This document shows positions 44,060-56,702 of a stretch of 64,000 bases of DNA, one piece after another. The DNA is taken from the NCBI RefSeq assembly GCF_009914755.1, contig NC_060942.1; one strand, 5' to 3'. The translations under genes were made by a program, and so were the position numbers. The notes under the pieces were generated by a model. That model saw nothing but the letters and a program-made list of their open reading frames with translations, was not told the DNA's origin and did no database searches. The first letter of the stretch is position 1, and every line of letters starts with the position of its first letter. The stretch is from the human T2T-CHM13v2.0 reference genome, Homo sapiens.

Positions 44060-44285
44060 GCATGTGTTTTAGATTTACTCAATCCTAAATTTGAAATCTT
44101 GTATTGCTTTTTACTGTATGACCTTGGGAATATTACCTAAGTCTCAATATGTTTGTCTGAATGGTGGAAAAAATAATACTGAGTTTCTATAAAGATGATA
44201 TAAAATAGTACAGACTAATCACCTAATACAGTGGCTGGACCATATTAGAACTTTAGCAAGTTCTTGTTGATACTGGTATTATTAG
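44060..44285 (+). mobile_element. MIR
   Basis: ctgtatgaccttgggaatattacctaagtctca...cctaatacagtggctggaccata. Confidence 0.6.
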
Positions 44286-44379
44286 CCTCAGGGTGTGTGG
44301 CAACATCTCATTTCTTTGTAACTATGTGTCATAATTGTATGTCAACTCTACTTCTTGTTCTCAAAACAATAAGTAATTT

Positions 44380-44570
44380 TTAATGATCCATCTTATTGTA
44401 TAGATTTTGTTCTGAATGACTTTGAGTGCTCTCTAAATCTTAAATTCATTTTCAAATGGTCAAGAAGGAACACTTGATAAATTCTAATGAATTTGTCAAA
44501 GACTATGAAGGAAGTTTCAAAAAAAAGAGTTCAAAAATATTTTAGGTAGTGGCATCATTGTTGCAATGAA
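44380..44570 (+). mobile_element. MARNA-like ancient mariner fragment
   Basis: ccatcttattgtatagattttgttctgaatgacttt resembles a degenerate mariner HPPYSPDLAPNDF motif; gagttcaaaaatattttaggtagtggcatcattgttgcaat. Confidence 0.5.
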
Positions 44571-45199
44571 AACAAACAAACTCTCTCAAGTCACCTTGAG
44601 AGCCAAAAGTAATTCAAATATGAAATAATCTTTTTAAAAGTAAAATGAATCCTATTACCTTATAACCATATGTCAATCTTAATGAATAAGATTTTAAAGA
44701 AAAGATAAAATCTTACATGAAAGTTAACTATATATTTAATCAATTAAAATATTTGCCCCAAGTATCCTTCAGCTGCATGATTTATTTGGCAGGCAATTAT
44801 TCGTGGTAGCATTTTGATGTCACCAGTATTAGACATTTTAAAAAAGGAATGAATACGATGAACCTGTATGACATTTTATATCCAATGCACCATTAAAATT
44901 CATATCAATTAAACACGAAAATTAAGACTCTATCGTGTATATTATATAAAATTTATAAAGTGAAAAGGGAAATGAATCTATTTATACATTTAATTGTTTT
45001 CTATTTGCCAAATAAATAGTTTTAGTGAAATGTTCTAAATTAGTGCACAGTGTGATTAAGGTATTTGAATTTCATCAATTTGCATGCAATTTTTGTATTT
45101 GCTTCTATTACATGGAGCTAGTCTCAGTCAACATTTTCATATACTGACATTAGTTTTGATTAAACTTCTATTTGTTTTAATATTTCTTGAGAACTTGAT

Positions 45200-45390
45200 T
45201 AACATTTTAACAGCTTTGTGCTAGGTATTTTATGTGAATTATATACCTATTTTATTCTAATAAAAATCATCGTGAAGTAGGCTCTATTATTAATCACACT
45301 GAGGGATGAGAGAGTTGATGTTTAGAGATTAAGAATTTTGCCATAAATGACCCAAATACTGTAAAACAGATCTAGGAATCAAGTTCTAAA
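45200..45390 (-). mobile_element. MIR
   Basis: tgtgctaggtattttatgtgaattat..gtgaagtaggctctattatt..gatgagagagttgatgtttagagattaag. Confidence 0.6.
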
Positions 45391-45584
45391 GTTTTTTAAT
45401 GCTCAAATAAAAGTCCACCTGCTCGGTAATGAGGAAAAACAGAAATAAGAATGGTTACAACGCTTTCTCCTTCTAAAGACTGCCGATGACTTACTGATTC
45501 TTGAAATATTCTGAAAATAAAGAGCCTAATATGAGAAAGGCTATTCTTTAATATTAGACCAACACTGAACCCGCCACACTACGT

Positions 45585-45800
45585 TGCACAGTGGTTTAGA
45601 GCATGGGCCCTGCCAGCTTTCAAACCTGCTTCCTATTTGTCATCATCTGACTCTAGACACTTTATTTACCTACAATCCAGTTTTCTTATCTGTCAGTGAG
45701 GGTGAGACTCTACCATATAGAATTGTTGTAAGGATTGAAAAAGCAAGTGTTAGTTAAAAATCACTTAGAATAATGCCTGTCCCATAATAAATACTATGCA
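45585..45800 (+). mobile_element. MIR
   Basis: cagtggtttagagcatgggccctg..cagttttcttatctgt..gttgtaaggattgaa..cacttagaataatgcctg. Confidence 0.7.
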
Positions 45801-46479
45801 CATATCTATTAAGAATAAATTATTTTTAAAATCTGTGAGAGAATAGTCAAAGCCATTGTCAATTTAATGTATTCAGCTGGTAGATTTTGTTTATGCCCCT
45901 AGCGAAGACTTATTTCTCACTATTAATTACTCAATGGAAGGGTCTTCACACTTATTCAGAGTAATTATTGATTAGATGATTTACCTACTGATCATACTTG
46001 CTAACTTTGGTACTTTTTCTTACTCTCTCATTTAACAGAGCATAAAGACACATAGTCTTAGTTCTAAGTGAAAACATAAAATAAAATATATTCAAAATAA
46101 AGTCTACTTATTCTGATGTCTGGCACCTGAAGAGGCTTTTCCATGAATAAATGTAGTTTATTAGCTTTTGTGGAATGTTTTCATATGCAATGATTCTAAG
46201 CCGGGTTGGCTATACCTATGATGAGAAAGTCAACAAAATGTCATTTTAATTAATAAATTAATTTTGCTTTCATCAGTCAAAAACAAGTAAAATAATAAAA
46301 AAAAGTACCACATGCCTTTCAAAGATTCTACCAGGAAATTCAAGACTGTTGAATAGCCAAACAGACTACTGTCTAAAAAACAGGAAAAAGACAAAGAGAA
46401 AAAAGAAATAGAAAACATAAGACAGCCCCTAAAGCCTGACAATGATTCATTAATTTTCTGACTTTTTCTGATAGACTAA

Positions 46480-46712
46480 TTATGCACTGTGAAATACAGA
46501 GGCCACTAGAAATGTGTGGCTGTTTAAATTAAATTACATTAAATATTTCATCTCACTAGCTACATTTCAAGTATTCAAAAGCCGCATGTGGCTAGTGGAT
46601 ACTGGATTGGGTATAGCAGATATAAAACAGTTCCCACCTCAAACTTCAAATCAGAATCTGCATTTTAACAAGATCTCCCAGGTGATCTATAAACTCAAAG
46701 TTTGAGAGACAG
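46480..46712. mobile_element. MER3/MER33 plus MER5A hAT fragments
   Basis: gccactagaaatgtgtggctgtttaaatt..ctagctacatttcaagt..gccgcatgtggctagtgg; aatcagaatctgcattttaacaagatctcccaggtgat. Confidence 0.7.
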
Positions 46713-47054
46713 TGACTAATTCATTCAATAATTTATCTTTGGCTTCACGATTATTGCAGTATAAAATGCTGAACTGATTTTTCAGTGTAGTGAAATACTG
46801 ATGTCTGTGTCTTGTGAGAAAAGGCAATATCCAATTATTTGATAGTATCTCTTCTAATAGTAAGAAAAACATGCCACCTTGGTTTTCTATAAACTCTCTA
46901 ATTTTTCCTGGCTTTTTGTAAATTAATAAGCTCTTTTATTTTGTTCCCATATCCAGGGACAACTTCGATAAGTACTGGTAAGAAAATAAGTAGAAACTCT
47001 AAATTTGAAGTCTTCATTCTCATCTTACTATCTTCTATTAAATATTATTTATAA

Positions 47055-47166
47055 TAAAAGCTGTAGGCTAATTCAGAAATAAGACTCCCATCAAAATGCA
47101 TGTAAATATATTAAGCAAGTTAAGAAAGGCTGTAGACTAGGAAAATGACTATTCCACTAAGAAGTT
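47055..47166 (+). repeat. 112-bp dispersed direct repeat, copy 1
   Basis: Ungapped match to 48476-48587 with 7 mismatches by manual count. Confidence 0.95.
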
Positions 47167-48475
47167 TTGAAGTGGAACAGAGACACTGCTTTTTGAGAAA
47201 TATCACCAGGGCTACTCATCAAGATGTTTCCAGATCACATGCTTTATATTGTTGTATGAAACCTGAGAGAGCAGAACTGGTGAAATCCATCAACCAAGAT
47301 GAAAAATTATTGCAACTTTGAAAACAGAAATGGCTGTAAAAATTAAAACTGATGAGACTCGGAGTTTAAGAAACCCAAGGCCACAAATCCCCCCATGAGA
47401 CAGACTTCCTTGAGGACAATGACTATCTTCCATTTCTGTGTACCATGTGCCTGTAATAGTGTTGGAAACAGAGTAGGCACTCAATAAATATTTGTCAAAC
47501 TATATTTCATTGAATTATCTTCAGTTCATGCATGGGAAAAAGCACTTTCCATGCTATCGTGATTGTTCACCTGAGAAATCAAATTAAGAATTTGATTATG
47601 CTCAAGTATCTCATTCTAAAATGAACTTCATTACCTACAGTAAAAATGTAGAACTACCGTTCATTGAGAAAATGAAGTAACAATAAAATTATAGAGACAA
47701 CTGTAAGTCAAATTAGGTGAGATATCCCCCATTTGCATTCATGAAATAAATTATTGAATAGCTTTGGTGATCTTTTTTCTATCACATAGATAAATCCCGC
47801 TGAAAGGTGACATCTTTTGTGGTGGCTTCTTCCCTTGCTTACTTTAATGAAGCAAAAAGCTCAGAAAATATTTGAGAATTTTTTTCAAATTGATGGCTGT
47901 GCCTCTTTTATCATGCTTATTTGAATAACAAAAATATTAATGAATTCTTTTTCAGTACAGGCAATTTCCCCCCCTTTTTTTTTTTTTTGGCAGGAGAATT
48001 GAGCCTTCTCAGACAAATTTGATTTTTGCTATTCATGATACTTGTTTAGTCGTTCTACTAGTATGTAGGCATCAGCAGTAATACAATTTGTGCAGAATGG
48101 AAAATATGCCTAGAGTGCTAGGCATGCAGAAATGCTAAGCACAAGGCCAAACGTCAGCATCAAGACAGGAGCTTGACGAATCACCTTTGAAGGTTCTGTT
48201 ATCGATGTTTTCTCCTGATGTGCATGATGTGTTCTCTCTGTTAATTAACTCTATGACCTTGGACCATTCACAATTTCTCTAATTCAGTTTCCTCATCTGA
48301 AAGGGGGTATGTGATCAAAGGGATGAGAAATTTATGGGAGAGGAGGACATCACAGACCCAACCACATGCAGAATGGGAGATGATGAACCCAGCCAGTTCC
48401 TTTGGAATGGCCCATGAATACAAAGCTTTATTCATTCATCAGGATCCAGGCACCCATTACACTATGAGGGTGTAG

Positions 48476-48587
48476 TAAAAGCTGTAGACTAACTCAGAAA
48501 TAAGACTCGCATCAAAATGCATGTGAATATATTAAGCAAGTTAAGAAAGGCTGGAGACTAGGAAGATGACTGTTCCACTAAGAAGTT
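48476..48587 (+). repeat. 112-bp dispersed direct repeat, copy 2
   Basis: Ungapped match to 47055-47166. Confidence 0.95.
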
Positions 48588-48839
48588 CAATCTTATTTTT
48601 TCCTGAAAATACACCTCAGAAGGTCAGCACAAGATGGAAATCTGTCTAAAAAGAGAAGCAATGAACATTAATAGAATCAACTCTTGATTCTCTTAAAGCA
48701 GATTATCCTTGACAAAGCATGCCAGCAAAAACAATATTCCACTTCGCTGCTTACTTTGTTAACAGCTCACATCTATTTACTCTTAACTTGGAGTGTAGCC
48801 TGCATTCAAGCTCTACAATCATTTGGAAACGTGAGATTC

Positions 48840-48975
48840 ATAGACTATTGCGGATGGAAGGGCCTTTAAAAATCATCTAGGCCTACCATCAATCTGAACA
48901 GCTCTCAGAAGCTTGAACAATCCCACTGATGTGGAACTCACTTCTCCCTGAGGCAACCTATTCTATCTTTGGACC
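48840..48975 (-). mobile_element. CR1/L3 or MIR3 3' fragment
   Basis: ggaagggcctttaaaaatcatctagg..gaactcacttctccctgaggcaacctattc. Confidence 0.45.
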
Positions 48976-49295
48976 AAGTTTGTGCTCTGGGAAGAATGAA
49001 AGTAACAGCTGTGCTTGAGCTGCATTGCTATGCTGGTCTGACACACAAACTCTCCTCTCCCATGCTTTCCTAGCATAGACTAGGCTACAGGGAGAAGTTG
49101 AGAGCATTTTAGAAAGAAAATGGAAAGTTTCCTATTTAGATTGTTTTGACAGAAGCCCAAAATCTTCAAAACAATTACAGTGTCAATAAAACTTTCATAT
49201 CATAAACAATCACTTATTAATATTAACTAAATTATTTCCCAAAATCAATATAAAAGATTATGATAAACACTAACTGTGATTACCCGTATTTTAGT

Positions 49296-49727
49296 TGTCT
49301 CATGTATCCGTGTGAAGAGACCATCAAACAGGCTTTGTGTGAGCAACAAGTCTGTTTATTTCATCTGGGTGCAGGTGGGCTGAATCCGAAAAAGGAGTCA
49401 GCAAAGGGTGATGGATTATCATCAGTTCTTATAGGTTTTGGGATAGGCAGTGGAGTTAGGAGCAATGTTTTGCGGGCAGGTGGTCGATCTCACAAAGTAC
49501 ATGCTCAAGGGTGGGGAGAATTACAAAGAAACTTCCTAAGGGTGGGCGAGATTACAAAGTGCATTGATCAGTTAGGGTGGGGCAGAAACAAATTACAATG
49601 GTGGAATGTCATCAGTTAAGGCTCTTTTCACTTCTTTTGTGGATCTTCAGTTGCTTCAGGCCATCTGGATGTATACGTGCAGGTCACTGGGGATATGATG
49701 GCTTAGCTTGGGCTCAGAGGCCTGACA
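49296..49727 (-). mobile_element. HERV-H solo LTR (LTR7B/LTR7C type)
   Basis: Reverse complement: tgtcaggcctctgagcccaagctaagccatcatatcccc...aaataaacag..gctcacacaaagcctgtttg.tggtctcttcacacgga; TSD ttagt/tgagt. Confidence 0.95.
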
Positions 49728-49929
49728 TGAGTCTCATACTGCCACCTCTTACCTGGCTTAAGACACTTCCTCCAATAGGAAGCATGAGCGTGTAGCAAAA
49801 TACTAATCTTCACTCCTTCCCTGGCCCTATTAACATTACATCTAATTCATAATACACACTCACACACCCACTCGTTTCATCTTGATCCTCCTAAAACCAT
49901 AATGCTGATATTTCTTTCCTTCCCAGTCT

Positions 49930-51740
49930 TTGCCATCCTTAACTCTCAAAGAGCATTATATTCTTGCTATCTCTACTTCTTTGCTACTGTAATTCACTGC
50001 CACCCGACTTTTATCCCCAGTATTGTGCTAATAGTGGAGATAAAAATAAATGCCTAAATGGCAAGTACAAAGAACATTTTTCAGATCTTAACTCTAGCCG
50101 ACTCTATAATGCACCGGATTTTGTTGATCACTAGCTTTGTCTTGGATCTCATCGCTTAGTGCCTGTTACCCAGCTACCCTCAAATTTTCCTGCTGTTCTG
50201 CCTTTCCATGAAGCACTGATGCCCTCCAAGGAGCCACACTGTGCAATTTTCTCTTTGCTTCGTGTGCTTTCCTTGAGGAGCTCCCCCTACTTTGAGTTTT
50301 CTCTATCACCTGTCTACCTCTAACCCTCGCCTCTCCTACAAACTTGAGGCTAATTTGTCCCCATGAAAGGAAAAAAAAATGAAATAGTATCTAAAGGATA
50401 AATAGGAATTAGTGAAGAGATACAGAGGGAAATATATTGGCAGAGGAAAAGAACATCACAAGATAGAAAAGCATATTTAAAAGCTTAGAAACAGCAACAA
50501 CAACAAAACAGGTAAACCCAAGAAATTAAATGAAGATCAATGTCACTGGAGCAGAGATAAAGAAAGCGTGCAATCAGGATGGAGAGATAGAAAAGAGCTG
50601 AGTCATATGAGGTCTTATAATCCATGTAAAGGAGTTCAATCTAAGGGTAAGAGAAAATAGGAAGAGTCAAAGGAATTACATGACCAGATTTGCATTTGCT
50701 TTAAATGTCTCCTTGATGCTAATGTAGGCAATGAATTTATGGGGAAAGGGAGGGATGTGAAGCATTAACAGGATTATTCAGAAGTCTGTTTAAGAGTTGA
50801 TGAGGTGGCTGGACTAAAACAGTGACCGTTGAGATAGGGAGCATAGAGGTGAGGTAAGATTTAAATCTATTTACTTCGTAAAATGAATAAGGTTTAATTG
50901 GTGCCAGGATTTGTGAAGTAGAAGAGAGGAAGGAGTAGCTTTCTAAGTAGGATAGCTTGATGGATGCTGGTACCTTTCACTGACAGGAGAAGCCGAAAGC
51001 AAGGTGGAAGCCAGAAATACAAGTTAAGCATCCAACATAAATATCAAACTATTTTGCAGACATCTCCATAGAATTATCCCATAGGCATATCAAAATAAGG
51101 AAGTCTAAACCTCACAAAAGACTGTGGGAGGGAATATTCACCAAAAGGAAAAATAATTTTGATAGGTTATTACTAGAGGAAAGTAGAATATAAACTGGAC
51201 AAGCAAAAAACCACAGCTGTCCTTTGCGTTTTCCTCTCAAAACCACTTTCCCCACTCTGGTTCAGTCCTGTATTTTCCATGGCCAAAAGTATATTTTTGG
51301 CATTTCCTATATTTCTCATTAGTCTCTGTCTAAGAGACAACCTTTACAACCTTTACATTGCCATGAGATTGACCTTCCTAAAGAACCACTTTGCCACATT
51401 ACTACCTTATGTTAAAATCTTCACTAGCTTCCATTGTCTACTAAACGACCTACAAATTATTCAGGCCCCTTGGGATCTGTCTTCACCTTATTTTCTAGGC
51501 ATGGCCAAATTTACCTACGCAAAGCCCTTAAAAGGCCATAACAGGCTGCTGATCTATCAAAGAGCCTTTAAGATTTTACCACCGCCATGCTTTAAATCAT
51601 GTTGCCTTCCATTTTATCCATCTGCAATGCTCAACAACACTGGAGCCATCCTTCAGAGTCCAGTCCAGATGTAAATACGTCCTTGAATCCTACCCAAATA
51701 ACTGTGAGAAGTGATCATGCTCTTCTCTGAGTTCCTATAC
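49930..51740. mobile_element. L2 fragments in both orientations (+ ~49930-50365, - ~50380-51000, + ~51030-51740)
   Basis: L2 motifs ttttgttgatcact; gaccagatttgcattt, ggctggacta; gacatctcca, aaatcttcactagcttccatt. Confidence 0.55.
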
Positions 51741-51757
51741 AAATATATTGCAGAATT

Positions 51758-52184
51758 TGTTCAGTCTAGAACCATCATATAGATAGATAATGGCTACAGG
51801 GAGCATTAGACCAAACAACTAATTATTTGTAAGCTTTTGATTTATCTCAAAAACTCCACTGTTTACTGATGACAGTGTTGAATAGCCCTGTGCTTTGGAA
51901 TGTCAGCAAAGTGTAGACATCCCCCCAGTTCCTTATGCTCTGGGATCTAATAGCAAATGACCACCTACCCTAGCATATTCCAAGATAACCATATGCACTC
52001 TTCCTCAGTCACACAAATGAGACTCAGCTCTATGCTTCCTCATGACTCACTTGTTTACTTGCTTCTATAAAACTTCAGGTTTTGCCCTCATCTTTGATAC
52101 ATTTCTCACTAATGAACATTATCCCCAGTGCAGTATCCTAAACAAAATCATCTCTTTAATTGTCTTATGCATTTTGTTTTTCAC
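51758..52184 (+). mobile_element. Probable old ERV LTR (subfamily unassigned)
   Basis: TG...CA boundaries (tgttcag...ttttcaca), TATA-like ctataaaac, LTR-type 3' end aaaatcatctctttaattgtc. Confidence 0.4.
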
Positions 52185-52191
52185 ACTGGTT

Positions 52192-52742
52192 TGAGAGACA
52201 GAATATACAAATGGACGATAACTAAATCCTATACATAAATGTAACTCTACCTCACAACCTGCAGCAACCTGCCCCAGAAGCCATCCATTATCTACAATAA
52301 CCATCCCAGGAAATCAGCCTGTTAAAAGTTGGACTTGTAGAAATTCACACTGCTATCTCTAGCAAAAATTGAGGAAGCCAGCCAAAAGTCCCTGTAACAA
52401 TCAGCCCAAAATGGCCAGGGCTTGGTTAATAACTAACATCTTCCCTAATTTTTGTCCCTGCTTTCAACTCAGGACCAATAAGAGAAACCAAAATATGCAC
52501 CCCTAGTTAATCACATTGGATGCTTTTCATCAAATTGGCCTGCCTAAGCTTCCTCATGCCAATAGCCCCCAGTCGATGCATATCTGAAGTCTTCCCTTTT
52601 TTCCACTACAAAGCTTTCCCACTTTGCCTGCCTTTGAATCTCTGCCAAAACACAAGGGATGGCAGCTGACTCCCTCCCTATAGCAAGCTCTGAATAAATA
52701 GCCTTTATTTGTTCTCATTTGGTTTGTCTTTGCTTATTTTCA
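52192..52742 (+). mobile_element. ERV1 solo LTR (MER90/MER87-like)
   Basis: tgagagacagaatatacaaatggac..cacaacctgcagcaacc..ctatagcaagctctgaataaatagcc..ttatttttca. Confidence 0.75.
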
Positions 52743-53351
52743 TGGCTTGACAGAATTATACTAGTTAATTTCTAAATTTCTTTGCATGTGTAATAATTTC
52801 ACAAAATGGTATCAAAATGATTTTACTACAACCTTCCATTAATGGTAAACCATTTGCTTTTGCTCTTTTGCATGTATGTGTATCATGTATCTTTATTTTA
52901 ATGCATTACTCTTAAAGATGTAAAGTAAGTACATTAATATATGATGGAAAAATGGAACCAGTAGTTATTTTCTTTGATTCCTTATTTCAAATGTTTATCT
53001 CCATCTAGTTATTTATTTTCAATAAATGTTTGGGAGAAGTTTTTTTCTTAGTCGAAACAGTGCATTTTTCAGAGAAACTGACACTATATTGTAGCATTTA
53101 TTTTCAGCAGATTGACATGATTTAATTAAACATAAACATTTGCTTAGATTATTTCTACCAAACCTCTAAATATTTTACATTCAACTATTTTCCATAAAGA
53201 AACAATTTAACCAATTGAGGACAATCACAAGGAAGTGCCTTGGATGAACAGTTCAAGACTTATTCTATTCTTTGCTCTACATAAATAGTATTTCAAACTT
53301 TGCAAAATAAATTCTTCTCATCTAGGGAAGAACATTCATTTTTATTGCTTC

Positions 53352-53377
53352 TTTTTTTTTTTTTTTTTTTTTTTTTT
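53352..53377. repeat. Poly(T) tract
   Basis: Run of ~26 T. Confidence 0.9.
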
Positions 53378-54259
53378 GCTCCTACTGTGACAGTTTTGCC
53401 TATTCTCCTTAAATGGAAGAGTAAGTAATAACAGGAATAATAACCCACATCATGCTAGCAGAAGCAGCATCTGTTAAAAATCCCTCTAGATTTTCTGCAG
53501 CTCTAGAATGAAAGAAATATATACATCAATTATCATGTACTCATTTCCATTTCCATCTTGCAGGTAATACAGGACTTTGCTTACCTCTATTAAAACTTCA
53601 AAATCTAACGAGTTGGTTAAGGATAAGAAAGACTATATGATCAATTATATTTACTTTTTATTTCAATCATTTTTCTATGTCTAAAAAATGACAACAAAAA
53701 GCCTTTGCCATTTGCACTTCTAGTCAATTTCCTTCCCAACAGGTTGCTGTTTTATGAAATTGACTTAACCCCAAGTTGTTGTGGGTGTTAAGGTTGCAAA
53801 GGCAATAGAGAAAAGACATTTTTTGACAATTGCTTGAAGTAAGCATGAAATTGGAAAAATTTTACTGCTATATAAGCATACGTCTTGGGGAAATGTCAGC
53901 CAAAGTTTCTCCAGAGAAAAACCAATAATGTGCATCTCTAGGTGGGTCCAAGAGTCCACATTTACCACTTAAAGGGAGGCTGCTGTTCATGAATCTTAGC
54001 AGAGGAACTTGGCTCCTATCCAAACAAAATGTTCTGGGAAATCAAAGCCCTGATTATTATTATTATCATCATTTTAAACAACAGATTCATTAACCAGCAA
54101 AATGAACTAAATCAATTCAAATTTGTCATTTAGACCAAATCTGAGGTCATGTTTTGATATTTTGATGTACATAATTGTTGTTATGAGAGTCCTTTTAATC
54201 ACCAAGCACATTGTGTCAAAGTATGCAGAAACATTTTAGAATCAGTGACTCTTCTCTAT

Positions 54260-54916
54260 GTTTTTTTTGTTTTGTTTTGTTTTTTTGGTTGGTTGGTTGT
54301 TTTGGGCCCTGGGTTTATTTGTTCAAATAGCACAGAAGGACATCAACTCCATGCAGAGGGCAGCACAGTGGTCACTCCAATCCTTCTATCTTTACATTGG
54401 CAGACAAAAGCCTCGACTCAGGAACCTTCTGGGGGACTGGGAACCTTTGGGACCCTGAACTGGAACCGGAACTGGAGCTGGAGCTAGAGACATAGCCACA
54501 GCCACAGCCTGGGCCTTGGTTTGACTGAGCCTTGGCCTTGGCTTCTGGCAAGCAGAGCCTGAGACCTCTGGAGACGCAGGCACAAGGATGCCTTCCAAAC
54601 TTGGGGTGGGCGATGTAAGCAAGTCAATCAAGCTCATGGCTGATGCCCTTTGGGATCGTGGGTTTGACCTCCCTGGGCTTTCGGGGAGGTTAGCATGTGT
54701 ACTCATGGCCTTGGTGGTGTTGGTGGGCATCCGCTTCGGGCCCTTCTTGTCATGCTTTTTGGCAAAGCACCTGTTCCTGAGAAACATGGGATCCATTCTC
54801 TTACATCTGTATCTTTGTGACGGGCATTTCTTGATCTATTTCTATGTCATTTCCAGGACTGGCTGTACATCATATGGTTCTTGGACTTGGTCACAGCTGC
54901 ACCTATACCCACAGCT
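54260..54916 (-). pseudogene. RPL29P: Processed pseudogene of ribosomal protein L29
   Basis: Intronless; translation [22 protein letters not shown] and QTKAQA match RPL29 (DPKFLRNMRFAKKHNKKG..KAMS, QTKAQA); start mutated to GTG at 54894 (gtg acc aag tcc aag aac, cf. MAKSKN); frameshifts; AATAAA at 54314-54319 and degenerate poly(A) tail ~54260-54303. Confidence 0.95.
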
Positions 54917-55038
54917 TATATGTTTATAGACTAAGAATGACATATTTACATGAACACAGGCACAGGATATATTGCTTCTAATCTAGTATATGCTTTACCA
55001 AGCACTTGAAGAGAATGAACTTCTAAAATAATTAGAAT

Positions 55039-55208
55039 GGTTATCATTTAATGGGTATAAAGTTTCAGTTTTGCAAGATGCGAAGAGTTCTGGAAATTGG
55101 GTGCACCACAATGTGAATGTACTTAACACTGGATTGTGCATTTAAAAATGAAGAAGGTTGTAAGTTTTCTGTTTTGTACATTTACCATACTTAAAAATAA
55201 GAAAATAA
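55039..55208 (+). mobile_element. Short L1MB 3' end
   Basis: tttaatgggtataaagtttcagttttgcaagatg..aatgtgaatgtacttaacact; perfect 16-bp flanking repeat CTAAAATAATTAGAAT (55023-55038, 55209-55224). Confidence 0.85.
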
Positions 55209-55834
55209 CTAAAATAATTAGAATTTGGTATTAATATTTAATAACCACTAGCTTAATATAATTCCTGAACGCATCCCTCTATGTGAAAATGGTCAAAGTG
55301 AGCCCATCAAATCCCAGCTTGTCATTCATCCCAACTTTCATTAATCTTGAAAATCATATCTAAACCCCTACTCCCAAAATGCTACCAAATGCAGTACTGA
55401 AGTGACATATTCAGTTTGCTCAGCTATCAGGGCAACACTACTTTTCATCTAAATCAGCTAAGAATTTCTTTATTTAGGAATTTCTTACTGCTTTGTGCGA
55501 GGTAGCTGGGTTATTGACAAGAAAAAGAAAAAGTAGCCCCTAACGAAAGAGAGCAGAAAAGGGAAGCCTTGATGAATTCCAAAAAGCATGGCTTATGTCT
55601 AAGAGTTCCTTCTTTCCTTTCTGGTTCCTTTCTGGTTTACCCAGAGAAAGAAGCCTCATTTAAAAAGTTTATGTTTTCTTACAAAATTTAAAGCACTCTG
55701 GGAAACTAAGCTTTGTGTTTCTAACCCAGAGAAAATAGAAGGAAGAAAAATACAGAGGAAAATTAGGCTATAGTGCTGGCTTTCTTACTCTGGTTTTTCT
55801 TCAGATTATATTATTTCTATATTATGATCACATG

Positions 55835-56050
55835 TTTTATGAAGCCCATTTGCATCTATCATCTCAGTTAATCTCATTAAGCTTTACCAAAATCCTGAAA
55901 AGTAGATATTATTGTCATTAGCTCATAGATAAAGTAATTTATATTCAGAAGAGTTAGTTGTCTGATTTCAAACAGCTAAGAAGAGGTAGAACTGAGAACC
56001 TATCTCAGATCTTTTAATTCCAAACCTGCTTTATTTTCCACTCTGCCCAG
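55835..56050 (-). mobile_element. MIR
   Basis: atctcagttaatctca..gtagatattattgtc..acagctaagaagaggtagaactgaga. Confidence 0.6.
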
Positions 56051-56702
56051 AGTAACACAGACTGATTTAGTCTGTGGTTAACATTTCCCAGAAGGTACAC
56101 AAGTGCCTGTTCTTCATTTTTTATCATTTATTTGCCATAAAGGGCAAATGTCTCTGCTGAGAAGAGTGATTATTATATCCAAACAGATAAAATAACAGGG
56201 GATTTGCTGAGTCCAAGTAACTGTCCATTTAACATACCATAAATAAAAGGTGATTTATCATAAGCATTCAGGGGATACTTTCCAGAGCTACAGTTACACG
56301 CTGTAGTTGGGTTTTGCTTTGACCTGGAACTAAAATCAGAACTAGAAGGAAGCTTGTGGGCCCCTATCCTGACTCTGTCCCATCTTTCTGATTCCCTTGA
56401 CACTCGTAACTCCCAAAAGTGCCACCCAAAAATGCAACTTCAGTTCTAACATCAACTTACAAGTTCAGTGTCCTCAAATATAGGACCCATACTTGTCATG
56501 CTCAAATTCTTAATTTCTGGGAGAGAAAAAGCCAGAGAATCAGCTCATGTCAAGACTCTCCACCTCATTTGGTATACATTGACAATAATGATCAGATTAG
56601 GTGTTTTACTCTTTGGCAAATGAACAAAATGAATATACCTCCTGTGCTATGGACTAGTTAAGCACCTGTCTATCCATTTATTTTTATTTTCATTATCAGT
56701 AT

